From Lophium mytilinum (lineage: Eukaryota): a DNA stretch of 64,000 nt. The stretch is from contig MU004187.1 of NCBI GenBank assembly GCA_010093605.1, positions 806,001-870,000 on the forward strand, written 5' to 3'. Both the position numbers and the translations under genes were made by a program. The notes under the pieces were generated by a model that did no database searches, had not been told where the DNA came from, and saw nothing but the letters and a program-made list of their open reading frames with translations. Positions 1 to 12,285 of the stretch are shown here, in pieces (position 1 is the first letter of the stretch; each line of letters starts with the position of its first letter).

Positions 1-891
1 GACTAGCACGCTGGACGGGTGGCTATTATCAGTTACAGGCGATCGAAGCTGCTGCACATCTCCTCGTCGTGAGTAGCAATGCTGTCCGAGTCTCGATCTA
101 TCGACTGATAAATATGTAGGACCGAGTCGTCGCCCTTCACGAGCTTGGGTGGTCTAGGCCAAACTTGGACCCCAAACAGCTGGATGTAAAGAGACTCTAT
201 CAGCCAGAACTCAGTTTCGATGAGCGTATCAACAGTATCGAGAGGGTACTTAAGGTTTGTTACTTGTTGGGTACAGCACAGAACATTGCTGACATAGATC
301 ATAGTCAAAGAAACACACTTGCAAATGGGTCCTCGATAACGACGACCTCGTGTTGGACAAGCTGGTAGGAGGCCCAGAGAAATACGAAGAGGTGCGTCTT
401 GTTCGGTGTTCATTGATCCCAACGCGGAGGTAACTAACACATATCAGCGCTCGAATACCAACAAAGTCCTCAACGACTCGAGACAGATCGTCCTGAAATT
501 CGGGCGCAAAGAGGTCAGCAAGTCTGAGGATAGGAGCAAAACACAGCCCACCGCCAAGCCCAAGCGCAAGGCGAGCCAGATCGCTATTGTGGATAGCTAT
601 CAGATTAATGCGGGATCAGGCCCGTCTACACCCAAGCGGCGTCAGATCAGCGCGCTCCCATCTCGTAACGGCGCTATTCACGGTTATGCCCAAGAAAAGG
701 CGGGCTTTGTTCAGAACGCTTCAGTCACTCGAGCTTACCGAAGCATTGTCAATGGCGTAACAGGTGGCAGTTTACTACACCAGGACTTGCCGCCGACTAA
801 CAACAACAACCGCTTCACTCCAGCGATCGGCTCAAGCAATCTTCGCCGTTCGGAGCGCGTTAGCCGCATGGCGACTAACTTCGGGAAGTAG
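1..891 (+). CDS. Cluster-family paralogue 1 (5'-partial); shared domain of unknown function plus basic tail
   Basis: Exons <3-68, 120-254, 305-391, 448-891 with GT..AG introns, all phase 0. Spliced translation LARWTGGYYQLQAIEAAAHLLV|DRVVALHELGWSRPNLDPKQ...ELSFDERINSIERVLK|SKKHTCKWVLDNDDLVLDKLVGGPEKYEE|RSNTNKVLND matches the family motif. Confidence 0.85.
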
Positions 892-1880
892 ATGTGGAGC
901 ACAGTTGTTACGAAGGCGGCAAACTGCATCAATGGTGGATCGAGTTTCTAGATGAGGGTGACAGCAAGTGGTCCAGTGGGTAGAGCTTGAGGAGTGGTGT
1001 TTCTCAATTACTCTGACGTTTGTGATGCCAATTGACAAAATGTATTGCAGTTTGATAGTCTATAGATAGATAAATAAGCATGGGAAGCCGTGCATTTTGG
1101 AGACAGCCCAGAATACATCCACGCGATCGATCAAATATCTAGCTCTTATGAAACACACAGTCATCTCGTACCATACTTCATTGCTTTTGTCTAATCATAA
1201 GGAACAGAGACACATCAAATACCATCAAACTCATTCACAGACGAGATGCCCACTGTGGTCGAGGCCATCGTACAGATTGCGAGGTTATACATGAGTTCGT
1301 TCCAGATCGATTCTCGTTCTTCAGCTTTTCGTGGACAATCAAAAACTACGCCCATATCTATATAAACGCCAAATCGGCAGAAAAAACCTTTCTCCTAAAG
1401 CTTCAGGAGAAGAAACTAGACAAACGCCAGAAGATCAGAAACTAGTCAGCGTATCTTGAAACTCTAATTATTTGGGGCTGCGATCTGGGTGACGTCAGCA
1501 AAGTTGTTAGCTGGTATGGCATAGAAAAAGCATCAGCCGGGTGGGTGCACGGTGCACCGACTGGCCAGTCCCAGCCCGAGGCTAAAGCTTTCCAAAGGTA
1601 TTTATTGCTCAACTCGATACAAGCCGCGCACAAGGTAGACATCAAAGCTGTTGTCGTAGTTCTTCTAGACCACACACACAAGATCAATACGCATCTTCAC
1701 CTATTCTGTAAGTGTTTCTCGTCCTAATGCTTGGTGTGAGCCGCGTTTCTCCCCCGCACACCACAGGCGCGAGGGCAGCTTTTGTCCATCAAGCCAGGTC
1801 TTTCGCTCCAGCAGCACTGAATGGCTTCTCGCCTGATCCTTGGCTAACGCTGATGCTCAGCTTGTAGGCACGACGTGGCA

Positions 1881-3311
1881 ATGGCGAGACGTCAGCGCAA
1901 ACAGTCACGTACCGGAGGAAGCGCTGGTGGCGTTCCGCACCCTCAATCATCCAACTCCCATCTTCGTCAACAGCCCGGGTTTCTCTCAGATGCTAGCACC
2001 GGCAACTTCTTCAGCCACGGAGACGTGACTTACCATCATGAAGACTATGAGAATGACCTAGAGGAGACTCATAGCATGCTCAGTCGCCTCCTCCCTTATA
2101 GTCAGAATGAGTCGGTAAGTCATCTTTAACGCCCGACTAACGCTGCTTCTTCATGAATCTATCGCTGACGCGAAGCTATATAGGATGTCGACCAACCTAC
2201 AGAAACCAAGAGCCATCGTTCGGGCTGCAATCCTAAGAATAGTCATGTGCTAGCTTCGGGTAGAGCGAATGTCGCCCACAATACCTCGAACATTACAGCA
2301 AAGAACCCATTGTTCAACGACATGGAACTGGACGAGGACAACCTCTACTTTTCAGCGATCGAAGATATCCACGACCTATTCCACGACGCCCCCCTCTGGA
2401 AGCCGAAGGAAGAGGCACTACCCTACGGGCGGGAACGTCATCCATACGTTGTCCGCATCAGAGACGCTGTTATGGATGTACCGAGCGCGGTCAATAGCTT
2501 GAGCCCAGAAACCGCCACTTCCGTCGGTCAGGATTCTCACCGCGCTGATGACCCGTCTGTGGAAGGTCGCGCGGCAAAGACAAAGAAAGCGAAAAAATCT
2601 ACCGGCTTTGGGGCGAGGTTCAAACCAGGTGCCGTATACTACCATGCAGCAGCGATTGAAGCTGCCGCTCATATACTGGTCGTAAGTAGCAGATTATACT
2701 CCAGACTAATATCCAAGTAACATTAGTATAGGACAAAGTGGTCGCGTTGCACGAATGTGGTTGGTCTCGTCCGAGTCTGGACCCGAAGCAGCTGAATAAC
2801 ACTGCACTGTACCAGCCAGAGCTATCGTTTGACGGGCGGATGGATGCCATTGAGAAGGTTCTCAAGGTAGAAACTGTGACTAAAATCATAGAAACAATCA
2901 GTACTGACCGCTCGTGTAGGAGAACAAGGGAGCGTGCAAATGGGTGCTAGACTGCGACGACCTCAGAGTGGACATGCTTGTCGCTGGCCCATCGAAATAC
3001 AATCAGGTGAGTACTATGATGCGCTATGTATAACTTGGATACTAATCAAGCCCCATCAGAGATCCAAAGCGAATTCCAAACTCAATGGGTACAGACAGCT
3101 CTATCTCACCACGGGCCGTAAAAAGGTCAAGAAGAGTCTCCCAGATAGAGACTTCACGGAAGAAGTTGTGGAGAGGATGAGTCAAGAATCAGCAAATGGC
3201 CAGACCCAGAGCGTAAGCACAGGCAAGAAGCGTAAGGTCGACAATGCAGGCACGCCGGACGAGGATGTCACTCATGGCAACTCGAGACCCAAGAGGTCGA
3301 AGAAGCTCTAA
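1881..3311 (+). CDS. Cluster-family paralogue 2
   Basis: Exons 1881-2114, 2184-2681, 2732-2866, 2920-3006, 3060-3311. Motifs PLWKP, VVRIRDAVMD, YHAAAIEAAAHILV|DKVVALHECGW, ELSFDGRM, KGACKWVL, AGP. KKRKV in the tail. Start codon inferred. Confidence 0.85.
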
Positions 3312-3393
3312 GCCTCTAGTCTTTGCTCTCTAGAAGGAGGGTACGATGTTACTACTAAGGAAGGCGCTCCGGAAAAAGCAGCCAGAGTCACTG

Positions 3394-3465
3394 TGTTGGA
3401 TGAAAAAGCACGCCCCGCCTAAGATTAGGGGGACCGGAAAATAAGCGATATTATATACTCCAACA
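3394..3465 (-). repeat. 3' LTR of TRIM copy 1 (72 bp)
   Basis: TG...CA ends with inverted termini TGTTGGA/TCCAACA; repeated at 3863-3934. Confidence 0.95.
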
Positions 3466-3850
3466 CGCCCCGTAATAGAGCTGTGTGAAGGTAATTAGGA
3501 TGTAGAAAATAAGAGAATAAAATAGATGTTTTAAGTGGCAAAAACCATTGTGGCTTAATAATTGGGGTGGTTGATTGGTGGAAAGATGCGAAAGCGCACC
3601 GAGAGATGTATAATATTTATGCATAGAGTTATGCTTCCTCCTAGGAGGGTAGGGGGTAGTCCCCTTAGTATTATGTATTTTTATATAGGCGGGACGAGTT
3701 TCCATGCAGTTGCGGAAAATTGGAAATTAGTCCTGGTAAAAGACTCCCAAGCTGCCTTGTGTGCGTGTCGAACCCGTAAGTTGGTGTTCGCGCTGGCTAG
3801 TCATGGGCGTAGTCTGGTGTGCTAACCAAGTGGACCATCCGGGGGCAACC

Positions 3851-3862
3851 GGGCTCATAACC
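3851..3862 (-). promoter_or_regulatory. Primer-binding site GGTTATGAGCCC (internal tRNAiMet-type, as in Ty5/copia)
   Basis: Immediately follows the 5' LTR on the minus strand; identical 12-mer at 63176-63187 in copy 2. Confidence 0.85.
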
Positions 3863-3934
3863 TGTTGGATGAAAAAGCACGCCCCGCCTAAGATTAGGGG
3901 GACCGGAAAATAAGCGATATTATATACTCTAACA
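3863..3934 (-). repeat. 5' LTR of TRIM copy 1 (72 bp)
   Basis: Matches 3394-3465 except one C>T (plus-strand TCCAACA vs TCTAACA). Confidence 0.95.
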
Positions 3935-4597
3935 CACTGGCATTAGATTTCTAAAGAAGCATACTTCTAGCTACAAATCATGGTAGAATAAGTCCAATTA
4001 GTTGCTCTAGATAAGTGACAGTCCGTAGACTGGCGTGTACCGGCGGACGAGATCTCGGAAGCTTTGTGTAGCGTAGTGCCCAAAAATGTTGATCCGTATC
4101 TTCAAGAATTTATGCGGTTACAAATGAAGCTAAACGGATGTCACTAGATTGCGAAGAGTATACTTATGGTGCCTGGTTCTTTTTGTGGGAGAACGCTTAA
4201 TATAACGATACAACGGCCTTCTTTTGCCCCCATCACGTGGCGTCACGTGGGAGTTGACTCGGGTTGATTAGCTTGGCGACAATCGATAAGATCGACCTAG
4301 AAATAGCTACTTCAAGCGCGACGCAGTCCCGCACCGTCAACACCAGCACACCACCCGCCTGCTTTGCACAGCACCTTTTGCTGCTCTTTGACTCAGACAA
4401 TTTGACTTGTATGCACTCTAAATCCACGTAAGTGCTTCTCGTATTGGTCTTCGTTAGAAGTTGGACCTCTTGTAGCTGGTAGCTCGCCAGCCCTAGTTCA
4501 GCAAGACGGCACCCACCATTTTGCTCTATTCAGACAACACTAGAATGCCCTCCGCTTTTACTGTATGCTGACAGTTACACTATAAGACACCGCCAAT

Positions 4598-7384
4598 ATG
4601 AACGCCGGTGGCAGTGGACATCCAGATGAGAAGTCATCTGATGGCACTCCGCCGCCTGCTAGCTTGTATCCACTTGCCGGATTGGAAGAAGGTCCAGGCG
4701 ATTTCGACGAGGCTCGTATGCCGTACTTCACCAATACTCGTGGCTTAGAGATGAATGTAAGTCTGCACAATGTGTTGTACGAACTGTTCTAACATAGTGT
4801 GAAGTCTTCCACACAAACCAATCCTCAGATACCTCAACAAGCCGCACCACGGTCTGGTCAAGACATGTTCAATGACGACTACCAGTCATACGCACAGATG
4901 GACGGGGTGCGACAACGTCACGACTTCGCCGGCTACACGGCCCAAGGCACGCCTAGTGGACACTATTACGATGGGACCTCTACAGAGGCGTTTACCCGCG
5001 TCCAACACGGTTCTACGCTTGTGACGGTAAGTGCCGTGATCACAGTTTCTTTATTATTCATCATAAGAGTATTCTTTTGACATTTTCACGTATAGAACGC
5101 CGATCCATTCACTGGTGGAGTGGAACATGGACACGGATCCGGCCAACAAGGTCGGACCCCATTGGGTCAAGTACAGACGCCTACTAACGAGCCCGTGGGT
5201 TCCACGCTGGAAGAATCGGTATGTCTCTTCATTTTCATCGCCGCTGAGTGGCTTTTTTCTTATGAAGCTGCGCTAACTGTCAACCCGCAGGTGGAACCGT
5301 CCCGGAAGGTCCCCGAAGAGCCCTACAGCCCTCTCTATCCAATACCTCCCGCGTATGTTATCGCCAGGACCAACTTCGAGGCTATTAAGCCACAAGAACC
5401 CCGAAAGAAGAGAAACACAGGCGCCACATCTGTTGCTCTTACACGCTCTGACCAAGAACGCAACACTGTTCCCTTTCGAGGAGCTGGCCTTGGTCAAGCT
5501 GGCAGGCCGGTGCGTACTAGCGGAAATACAACACGCTCAGTTCGCCTCGATCAACCGTTAGAATCTGGATACGCCGACACAATGGGAGGCCCGTACGCAC
5601 AGGCACGCGATGAACACGCCAACCAGCAGCAGAACCCGTTCTCGATGGCTTTTCCAGGCTACACTCCTGCTGCCGTCCCGACATCGTCGTTGTTTGCCCC
5701 AACGTCATCGCCATTTGTTCTGACACAACCCGGCGCTGCCCAACCGGGCAGATCAGGTATGGCTGGCGCGCGCAATGAGTTGCCCTCTGTGGTAGATGTA
5801 GTCGCCGGAGAGCGCTTTGACCCCGATCGTGAAGGTCGAATTCAGGCCACCCAGAACAGATATCGGATGCTTCTGCAGTTAGACGACAACGCCGCGCCAC
5901 AGTTCCTGAGCTGGGGTCACGACGTTCGGGACGCATTTCTGAGTGATTTCCCAGCGTTCCTAGATAGGCATAGGAACGCTCGGGTATTGCAGGACGCGGG
6001 GCGATTGGCAATGTACGAGGACTTTGCCCGATATAGTGCTTGGGCTGGACGTCCGATTGATGAAGAGCAGGTATGGGCTGACATGGAACGCTATAACCTC
6101 GTCAACATCCATGTAGAAACACACGGTCCCGTTGAACCTGAGCTAGCTGCTCACCCTGACCCTACGCCTGACCTTGAACAGAGGCGGAGGAGAGATTACG
6201 GTGCACCCGTCCACCCAACATCACCAGACATTGGTGGAATTGAGGGTACAGAGAGCTTCCTTACCCCAATCCCGGGCCCATTCGAACCCTCGAGCGCTTC
6301 GCGCCTTGTTCAAGGCCAGGAACCAACTGAGACCACGCAACAGGCGCCTCAAAAGTCGAAAAAAGACCGTATGGTTATCAGAAATGATGTTCTCAAAGGG
6401 CGTGCTCTCAACGAAGAAGGGATGTATTTCAATTCCGCGGAGGAGGGCAACGCGTTGTTCCGCGAGCGCCCGCTTTGGAGGCCGAAGGAGGAGACGCTGC
6501 CTTCCGGTACGGACAGATTGCGTCTCGTCAGGGCGTTAGAAGACGCCATGTACAATCTTGAGGACATACATGACCGTCCTACAAATCGACTTGCGCGTTG
6601 GAGGCCCGACAACGCTTATTACGACCCCGCCGCGGTCGAGCTCGCTGCACATAGGCTTCTGGTGAGACCAGTCCCGTGTTTAGAAAAGGAGCGTACTAAC
6701 TATAGATCAGGAACGGATCATCAAGTTACACATGGAGGGATGGACTAGGCCCGTGCTTGACCCGACCCAAGAGAATCTCTTCGAGCCAGAACCATACTTG
6801 TCCTTCAAGGAGCGTTTCGAGGCAATTCGACAAAACCTTCAAGTAAGTCATTCTTGTCACCAACATCTCACTCTCTGCTAATTGAATGTTTTCAGCATTG
6901 GAAAGCCACTGCCAAGATGGTTCTCCAAGGCGACGATTTGAAGATGGACCAGTTCATTGCCGGTCCTAACGAGCGGGCAGAGGTATGTAATACAAGTCCC
7001 CAAGCACAACACGTCTAATTATTTCATCAGAGGAGCGAACGATATAGCCAGGCCAACCTGGCTAAGCAAATTTTCATCAAAGAAGGCAGACAGGCTGCGA
7101 AGGGCAGAAAACGTACTGCGGAAGAAGCATTTTCTTCGGAGGGCCGCGAGCTCAACGAAAGCTCAGCAACTCAGCCACGGAGAACCCCCCGAGCCAGAGG
7201 ACGGAGCGTGCCGACCCCGCGCCGTACATCATCCAATACTGTTCAAGGTGGCGATGGTTCCGATCTCAGCGAGGTCGACGAGGACGCAGCCCCACCTGAG
7301 GAAGTGAGGGATCCAAGATCCACTAGAGAATACTTGCCTCGGGAGACTAAGAAAAAGGGAGGGCGAGGAGGGCGAAGCCATTAG
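4598..7384 (+). CDS. Cluster-family paralogue 3 (long N-terminal extension)
   Basis: Exons ~4598-4756, 4805-5026, 5096-(possible 72-nt intron 5219-5290)-6661, 6711-6842, 6896-6982, 7031-7384. Motifs PLWRP, LVRALEDAMYN, YYDPAAVELAAHRLL|ERIIKLHMEGW, LSFKERF, WKATAKMVLQG, AGP. 5' exons less certain. Confidence 0.85.
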
Positions 7385-7951
7385 AGCCGAGGTCTTGCCC
7401 AAGGAGGAGTCTCGCGCTAGCCTCAAGCTTGAGGTTTAAAAGCGGTGGTTTCCAGGATCAATTGGCACACGAAGCATGATTGCAAGTATGTTCACGGCTT
7501 TCTGACACGTCAAGCTTGTTCGTACATAGTCGTGTAGTTCTAAAAAGATAAAAAATTACTTTGACTTGACGGTGGTTATTTCTTCGCGCGCCCAAGAGCC
7601 TATGAACCACCCTGGTTTCTGTGTTTATTGTTGCCACACACTGTCAACTCCCCGTGAAAATGCTACATGTCCTTGAGAGAGGGTCTGGTATATTACTAGC
7701 TTGTCTTATGATATGATAAGGATAAATTCAAGCACTTTTGATGCCCAGCTATACCTTAATACATGACGTGGCTAACTGTCTTATTTCGGTTATTACAGGG
7801 TTCGCATTGCCTGACTATGAGCCTCGGGTGTGTTCGCATCTCTCGTACGTGTCATCTTATCGAGTGCTTTACATTTTGAAGCCTTAAGTTTGTGCCTGAC
7901 TGTGTAGCCTCATGCCGACTTTCCACCTGACCTCTGGCTTCATGGGGGATT

Positions 7952-8055
7952 TTGTCGGATTATGACATTTACCACAGCTAGCAATCACGGTAGCAAACTT
8001 GGGTCTATTCCTGTATATTAGCTCGTCTTCCACCTAGTATCAGGTGCTATGGCCT
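7952..8055 (-). repeat. Degenerate dispersed repeat (~104 bp), inverted relative to 33526-33629
   Basis: Reverse complement shares CTGATACTAGG(T/C)GGAAGAC, CTAATATACAGGAAT, CCCAAGTTTGCTACCG and TGTCATAATCC in the same order with the 33.5 kb copy. Confidence 0.75.
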
Positions 8056-8695
8056 CCGTTCAACAGGCTTTATATACTTCAGCATGTACAGATCTTCCAT
8101 TGCCCGCTTAGCTAAAGTTCAGCATCATCACTGGCTTAGATAGCACTGCTAATTGGCTCACGTAAACTATAATTCGAAGAACCTTCGCCATGGATGGCTT
8201 AGAGTGTACGCTGATGTGACCATCCTCGATTCAAGTAGCATAAAACAAAGCGGTCTTGAACGTTAAACTACGTAGACCTACATAGCTACAATCCCGAATA
8301 ATGCATTGTTATGCTTACTGATACACGGCGGTCTGTGCAATAACGTCGGTATGGTCGCGCTCTTCCACGTGGGGCAGATCCAGCGGAACGCTCATTGGCC
8401 GAGTCGGGAGCAGATAGTTGTCGCCAGCTTCGAGCAACCCCTTCGAGCACCTCGATCTCAACACCTCCCTAGGCACAGCGAGCCAAACAACCGCAGTGCA
8501 CCTCAAAGGTCGAAGCTCCAGCTTTCGCTCTATACATACCCCCACTGGTAAGCATCGCAAGCAGTGTAAGTAGTTTCAGCGACGCTTCCATCTGTTTAAA
8601 CTTATGTTCGGGGCTGCAGTTACTCGCTCCCCGCAAAAACACATCTTGGACGGCATACATGCTAACTCAATCGACGCTTCATAGGATTCGACGAG

Positions 8696-10807
8696 ATGGC
8701 GCGCAATCTCAAACCACGCCCACCCCAACCAAACCCCCGAACTACTTCCATGTTTGACTACACCTATGGTTCCGAATACGACCCATCGCTCAACGACGCA
8801 CCGAGTCCTTTCTGGGACGGCAATAGTCACATTGACTTTCCCGAGTCCAGCACGAGGAAGTCGACATGGGGCGAAGTAAGTCGCGTCATTCTAGCTCACA
8901 ACAAGTGTTTTCGCTTGAAGCAAAAATTGATAACAAATCCACTTGTCAGATTCCATCTCCCGCAGACATACTAGGACAGCCAAACCCCGATAACGGACTC
9001 CTTCTCAACCATCGCACCCCGGATACTGCTCTTTCCAGGCCACGTAATCTCCTGAATGACCCCCCTCATCATCGCTTAGCGCCCTACAATGGAGGCCTGA
9101 GGGTATTCGGTGACTTGGAACCCGCCCACAATGACAACAATATCACAGAGCAGAGCTTGATGCCTAGTATTCAGGTCGAGAACTGGCGTGATGACCTAGC
9201 ATCGTACGACATGTGGTCTTTTTCAGGCGATTTCGGAATCTTCAACGACCGCCAGCTATCCACGCCCAGCAACGAGTTCGGCCCCATCCAAGATAGCTTG
9301 AACTTTACCACCGAGTTCAGCCACACTACACCTACGGGCTCGGCTAGTATGCTTGGACCCAACTTGGTATGTTTAAAATGTTCTACAGCTATAGCTGCCT
9401 GTTGTGAGAACGTTTACTAATACATATCGCTGTTAGGACAATGCTCCATCAAATGAGGTGACCGACCAGAGTCCTCCGCACAACTTCCGGGAGACAGGCC
9501 ACTATACGACGTTTGGCAGCAATCATCGATACGATGACGGTAGTTCCGCCATGCGCGGGCCCCAGCAGCACCATGCTCTGCTGCAAGCACAGGCCTCGAA
9601 ACGTCAAGCGATGAACATGTATGACGTGGGCCCGAAGGGAAAGGTCTTAGACCCGTGGGTTGGAATTATCGAGTCAAAGCGCAACGGACTCTTCTTCGAT
9701 TCATTCGCAGAGGCGGATGAGTTCTATACGAGCAGCGCTCGCTGGAAGCCCACTCTCCTGAAGAAGGCTCTAACAACCGCTGAACGACATGGGTTGGTCG
9801 TACGCCTTCGGGAGGCCATCCTGAATATGAATGGCATCATGGATAATGTCAACAAGTGTCTCCAACCTTGGCTAGACGGTCAATACACCGCAGTGGCTGC
9901 GGAACATCTTGCGCACCATATCGTAGTACGTACTTCGAAGGCCGCTTCATTGGTGCAACGACTGACAGCGATTTAGGAGGCCTTAGTCGCCTTGCATACC
10001 GTCGGATACACAGCTCCTGTTCTAGACCCGAAGAAGTTAATTGAAACAAAGTTTCAGCGAGAGCTTAGCTTCGAGCAAAGACTGGAGAAGGTCGAGAAAC
10101 TGCTATCCGTATGTGTTTCTCATCTTGATGAAGTGGTTGTCAATGCTGACCCGCTTTTTTAGCGCCACAAGTTCACCTGCAAAGCTCTATTAGATGGTGG
10201 TGACTTCATGCAAATCCTTGCAGGCCCGGATCTGAAGATGAGAGTATGATACACCATAAATGACGAAGAAACTTTACTCTTTACTGACTACCATTAGTTG
10301 ATAGGTCTTAATCAGGCAGGAAATGGGAGGAAGCAGGCGAAGATCGCTGCCTTTGATGCTACTGAAGGCACTGGCAAAAAGCGTAAAGTGGTCGAGCAGC
10401 CCATTGGGGAAAGCCGAACCGGCTTTGCTAGCGAGCCTTATGTACTGCCGGTCGCGAAGAAGCGTCGCGCGGTGGTCGCTCGATCGTCGGAAGCTGCGGT
10501 TAGGGGCTCGCTGGTCACATCCACTTCTGGCGCTCAAGAAGGATTGGGCCTCGGAGGCCTGCAAGAGGCTTCAGTGACCATTTCGACTGGATTGCGGAGT
10601 GATGTAGACACTCCTGCGCCGACGCCTAGCAGTATCAATCGACCAGCCACCACTAACGCCTCCCGTGATGTTCTTTTGGACGACTCATCCGAGCCTCGCG
10701 CAGAGAAACCCAAGCCAAGCATATTTTCGGACAAAGCGCAGGTTGGAGCACGCACTCTTTCGAGCCGAGCCAACAAGGGGGGATATGAGACGACCCGTAA
10801 GACGTGA
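8696..10807 (+). CDS. Cluster-family paralogue 4
   Basis: Exons 8696-8875, 8950-9366, 9437-9925, 9977-10108, 10163-10243, 10298-10807, all in frame. Motifs ARWKP, LVVRLREAILNMNGIMD, YTAVAAEHLAHHIV|EALVALHTVGY, ELSFEQRL, HKFTCKALLDG, AGP. KKRKV in the tail. Confidence 0.88.
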
Positions 10808-12285
10808 GCTGCTTGGATTTCTGGAGGTGACGACATGGGCGTCAGGCTTTCTGGATAGCTTGCTTTCCAGTTGCTCTAGCTGTCTGTTCACAGGATGGCG
10901 AGGCTGGGCCTGATAGCACCGGAGGTGTTCCATACTTTCTCGGCACCATTGATCGGTATAAAGACAAGGACACGGGCACGTTAGAGTATTGAGACAATAT
11001 GTTGATTCTCTAGGTTGGGAGGATTATGTACTTAGTCTTCAATTGGACGGGTTTACTCCAACGTCAGATCAAATTTAGGTCACATCAAGCTTATAAAGCC
11101 TGGCTGCAGTCGTTTGCTCTTCTTTGTTTGCTCTACATGGTCATGATTCTATCAATTCCGTCAGAAATTGTTCAGGCCAGATGTGAGATCAAGAGTATCA
11201 TATTCCTGTTTCAAAGCAAGACATCTCTCGCAAAAGTTCCTCTAGGACTTCCACCAATCCAAGACCAGAAAGATTGACTTAAAGAAGCCAAGCTATGTAC
11301 CTGAAGCCGAGTAGCTAACACCTAGACTTCAACTTCGTGTGACAATCTTCTGTGCATCATCCTTACCACGCGCTTTTGCATTCCCGATGTCGTACGGCCG
11401 TGGCTCCATGGGCTCACACAGCGTTACATACCCCCCTACGCGATCCCTGATAGCGCTATAGCCACTACGTATGTGTCTACCATCGCACCATGCCACTGAT
11501 GCCTTAACACCGTAATCTCTAACACCCGGAAGAATCATCAGTACGTCCAGATTGTTACGCCAGGGGTGACAAAGTGCTTGCTGTCAGATTTACGCCTTAC
11601 GACCTATGGTAGCCCAGGCACCGTCGCGAACTCTAGGGCTTGGAAGGGGCATGCCAGTTGCGTCACGGCGCGGGGGCATTGTAGACAGATCCAGCAGCGA
11701 CTGAAGGAAGGCTTCATCATTCTAGTACATTCGGTCCGGTCATAAACGTTATTGATAGCAATCATCGAGTAGATCTCCAAGAGTTCAGACTAAATGGATG
11801 CTGGATTGACTTAAACCCCAGGCGCCTGCTTATCGATTTGGAGCGTGGAGCTCAAGGAGCTTCAGTCACGTGACACTTCTGTACTTGTGAATGTCACAAA
11901 ATGAATGTACTAGGCGGATTCAGCGCCGCACTCCAGCGCGCCGCGTCAAAACAAAGTTCCTGCGACATAAATCGAGCTCTCAGAAGGCTAGTAACTGCCA
12001 CCCACCTCCGCACCACCCTCCTGTACCACCACAACACAACCCAATCCACAACCTCTTTTGTAGCAACTTGTACTACCATTGGTTTGTTGATACTAGGATT
12101 CGCTATCAGTCTTGTAAGTACCTCTATAGCTACCCTCGACCCATTCAAAGAGGCGTTTGTTGTCGCCCGTCCTTCGAAATCACGATATACTCGCAAGGCC
12201 TTTGACTACCGTCACAACCATTTAGTCGCCTTCGCTTCTATAGCTGTACTAACACAAGAGTCGCATCATTAGTCTCTATTGCACG

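Larger units (their letters stand above)
3394..3934 (-). mobile_element. Non-autonomous Copia-type LTR retroelement (TRIM), copy 1, 541 bp
   Basis: 72-bp direct repeats 3394-3465 and 3863-3934 (TGTTGGA...AACA, 1 mismatch); 5-bp TSD CACTG (3389-3393, 3935-3939); minus-strand PBS GGTTATGAGCCC next to one LTR and GGGGCG before the other; related copy at 63104-63625. Confidence 0.95.

Noticed and set aside
11891..12272. Overlapping ORFs of 100-123 aa upstream of paralogue 5
   Set aside because: Promoter/5' UTR-like sequence containing a likely UTR intron donor; no motifs.
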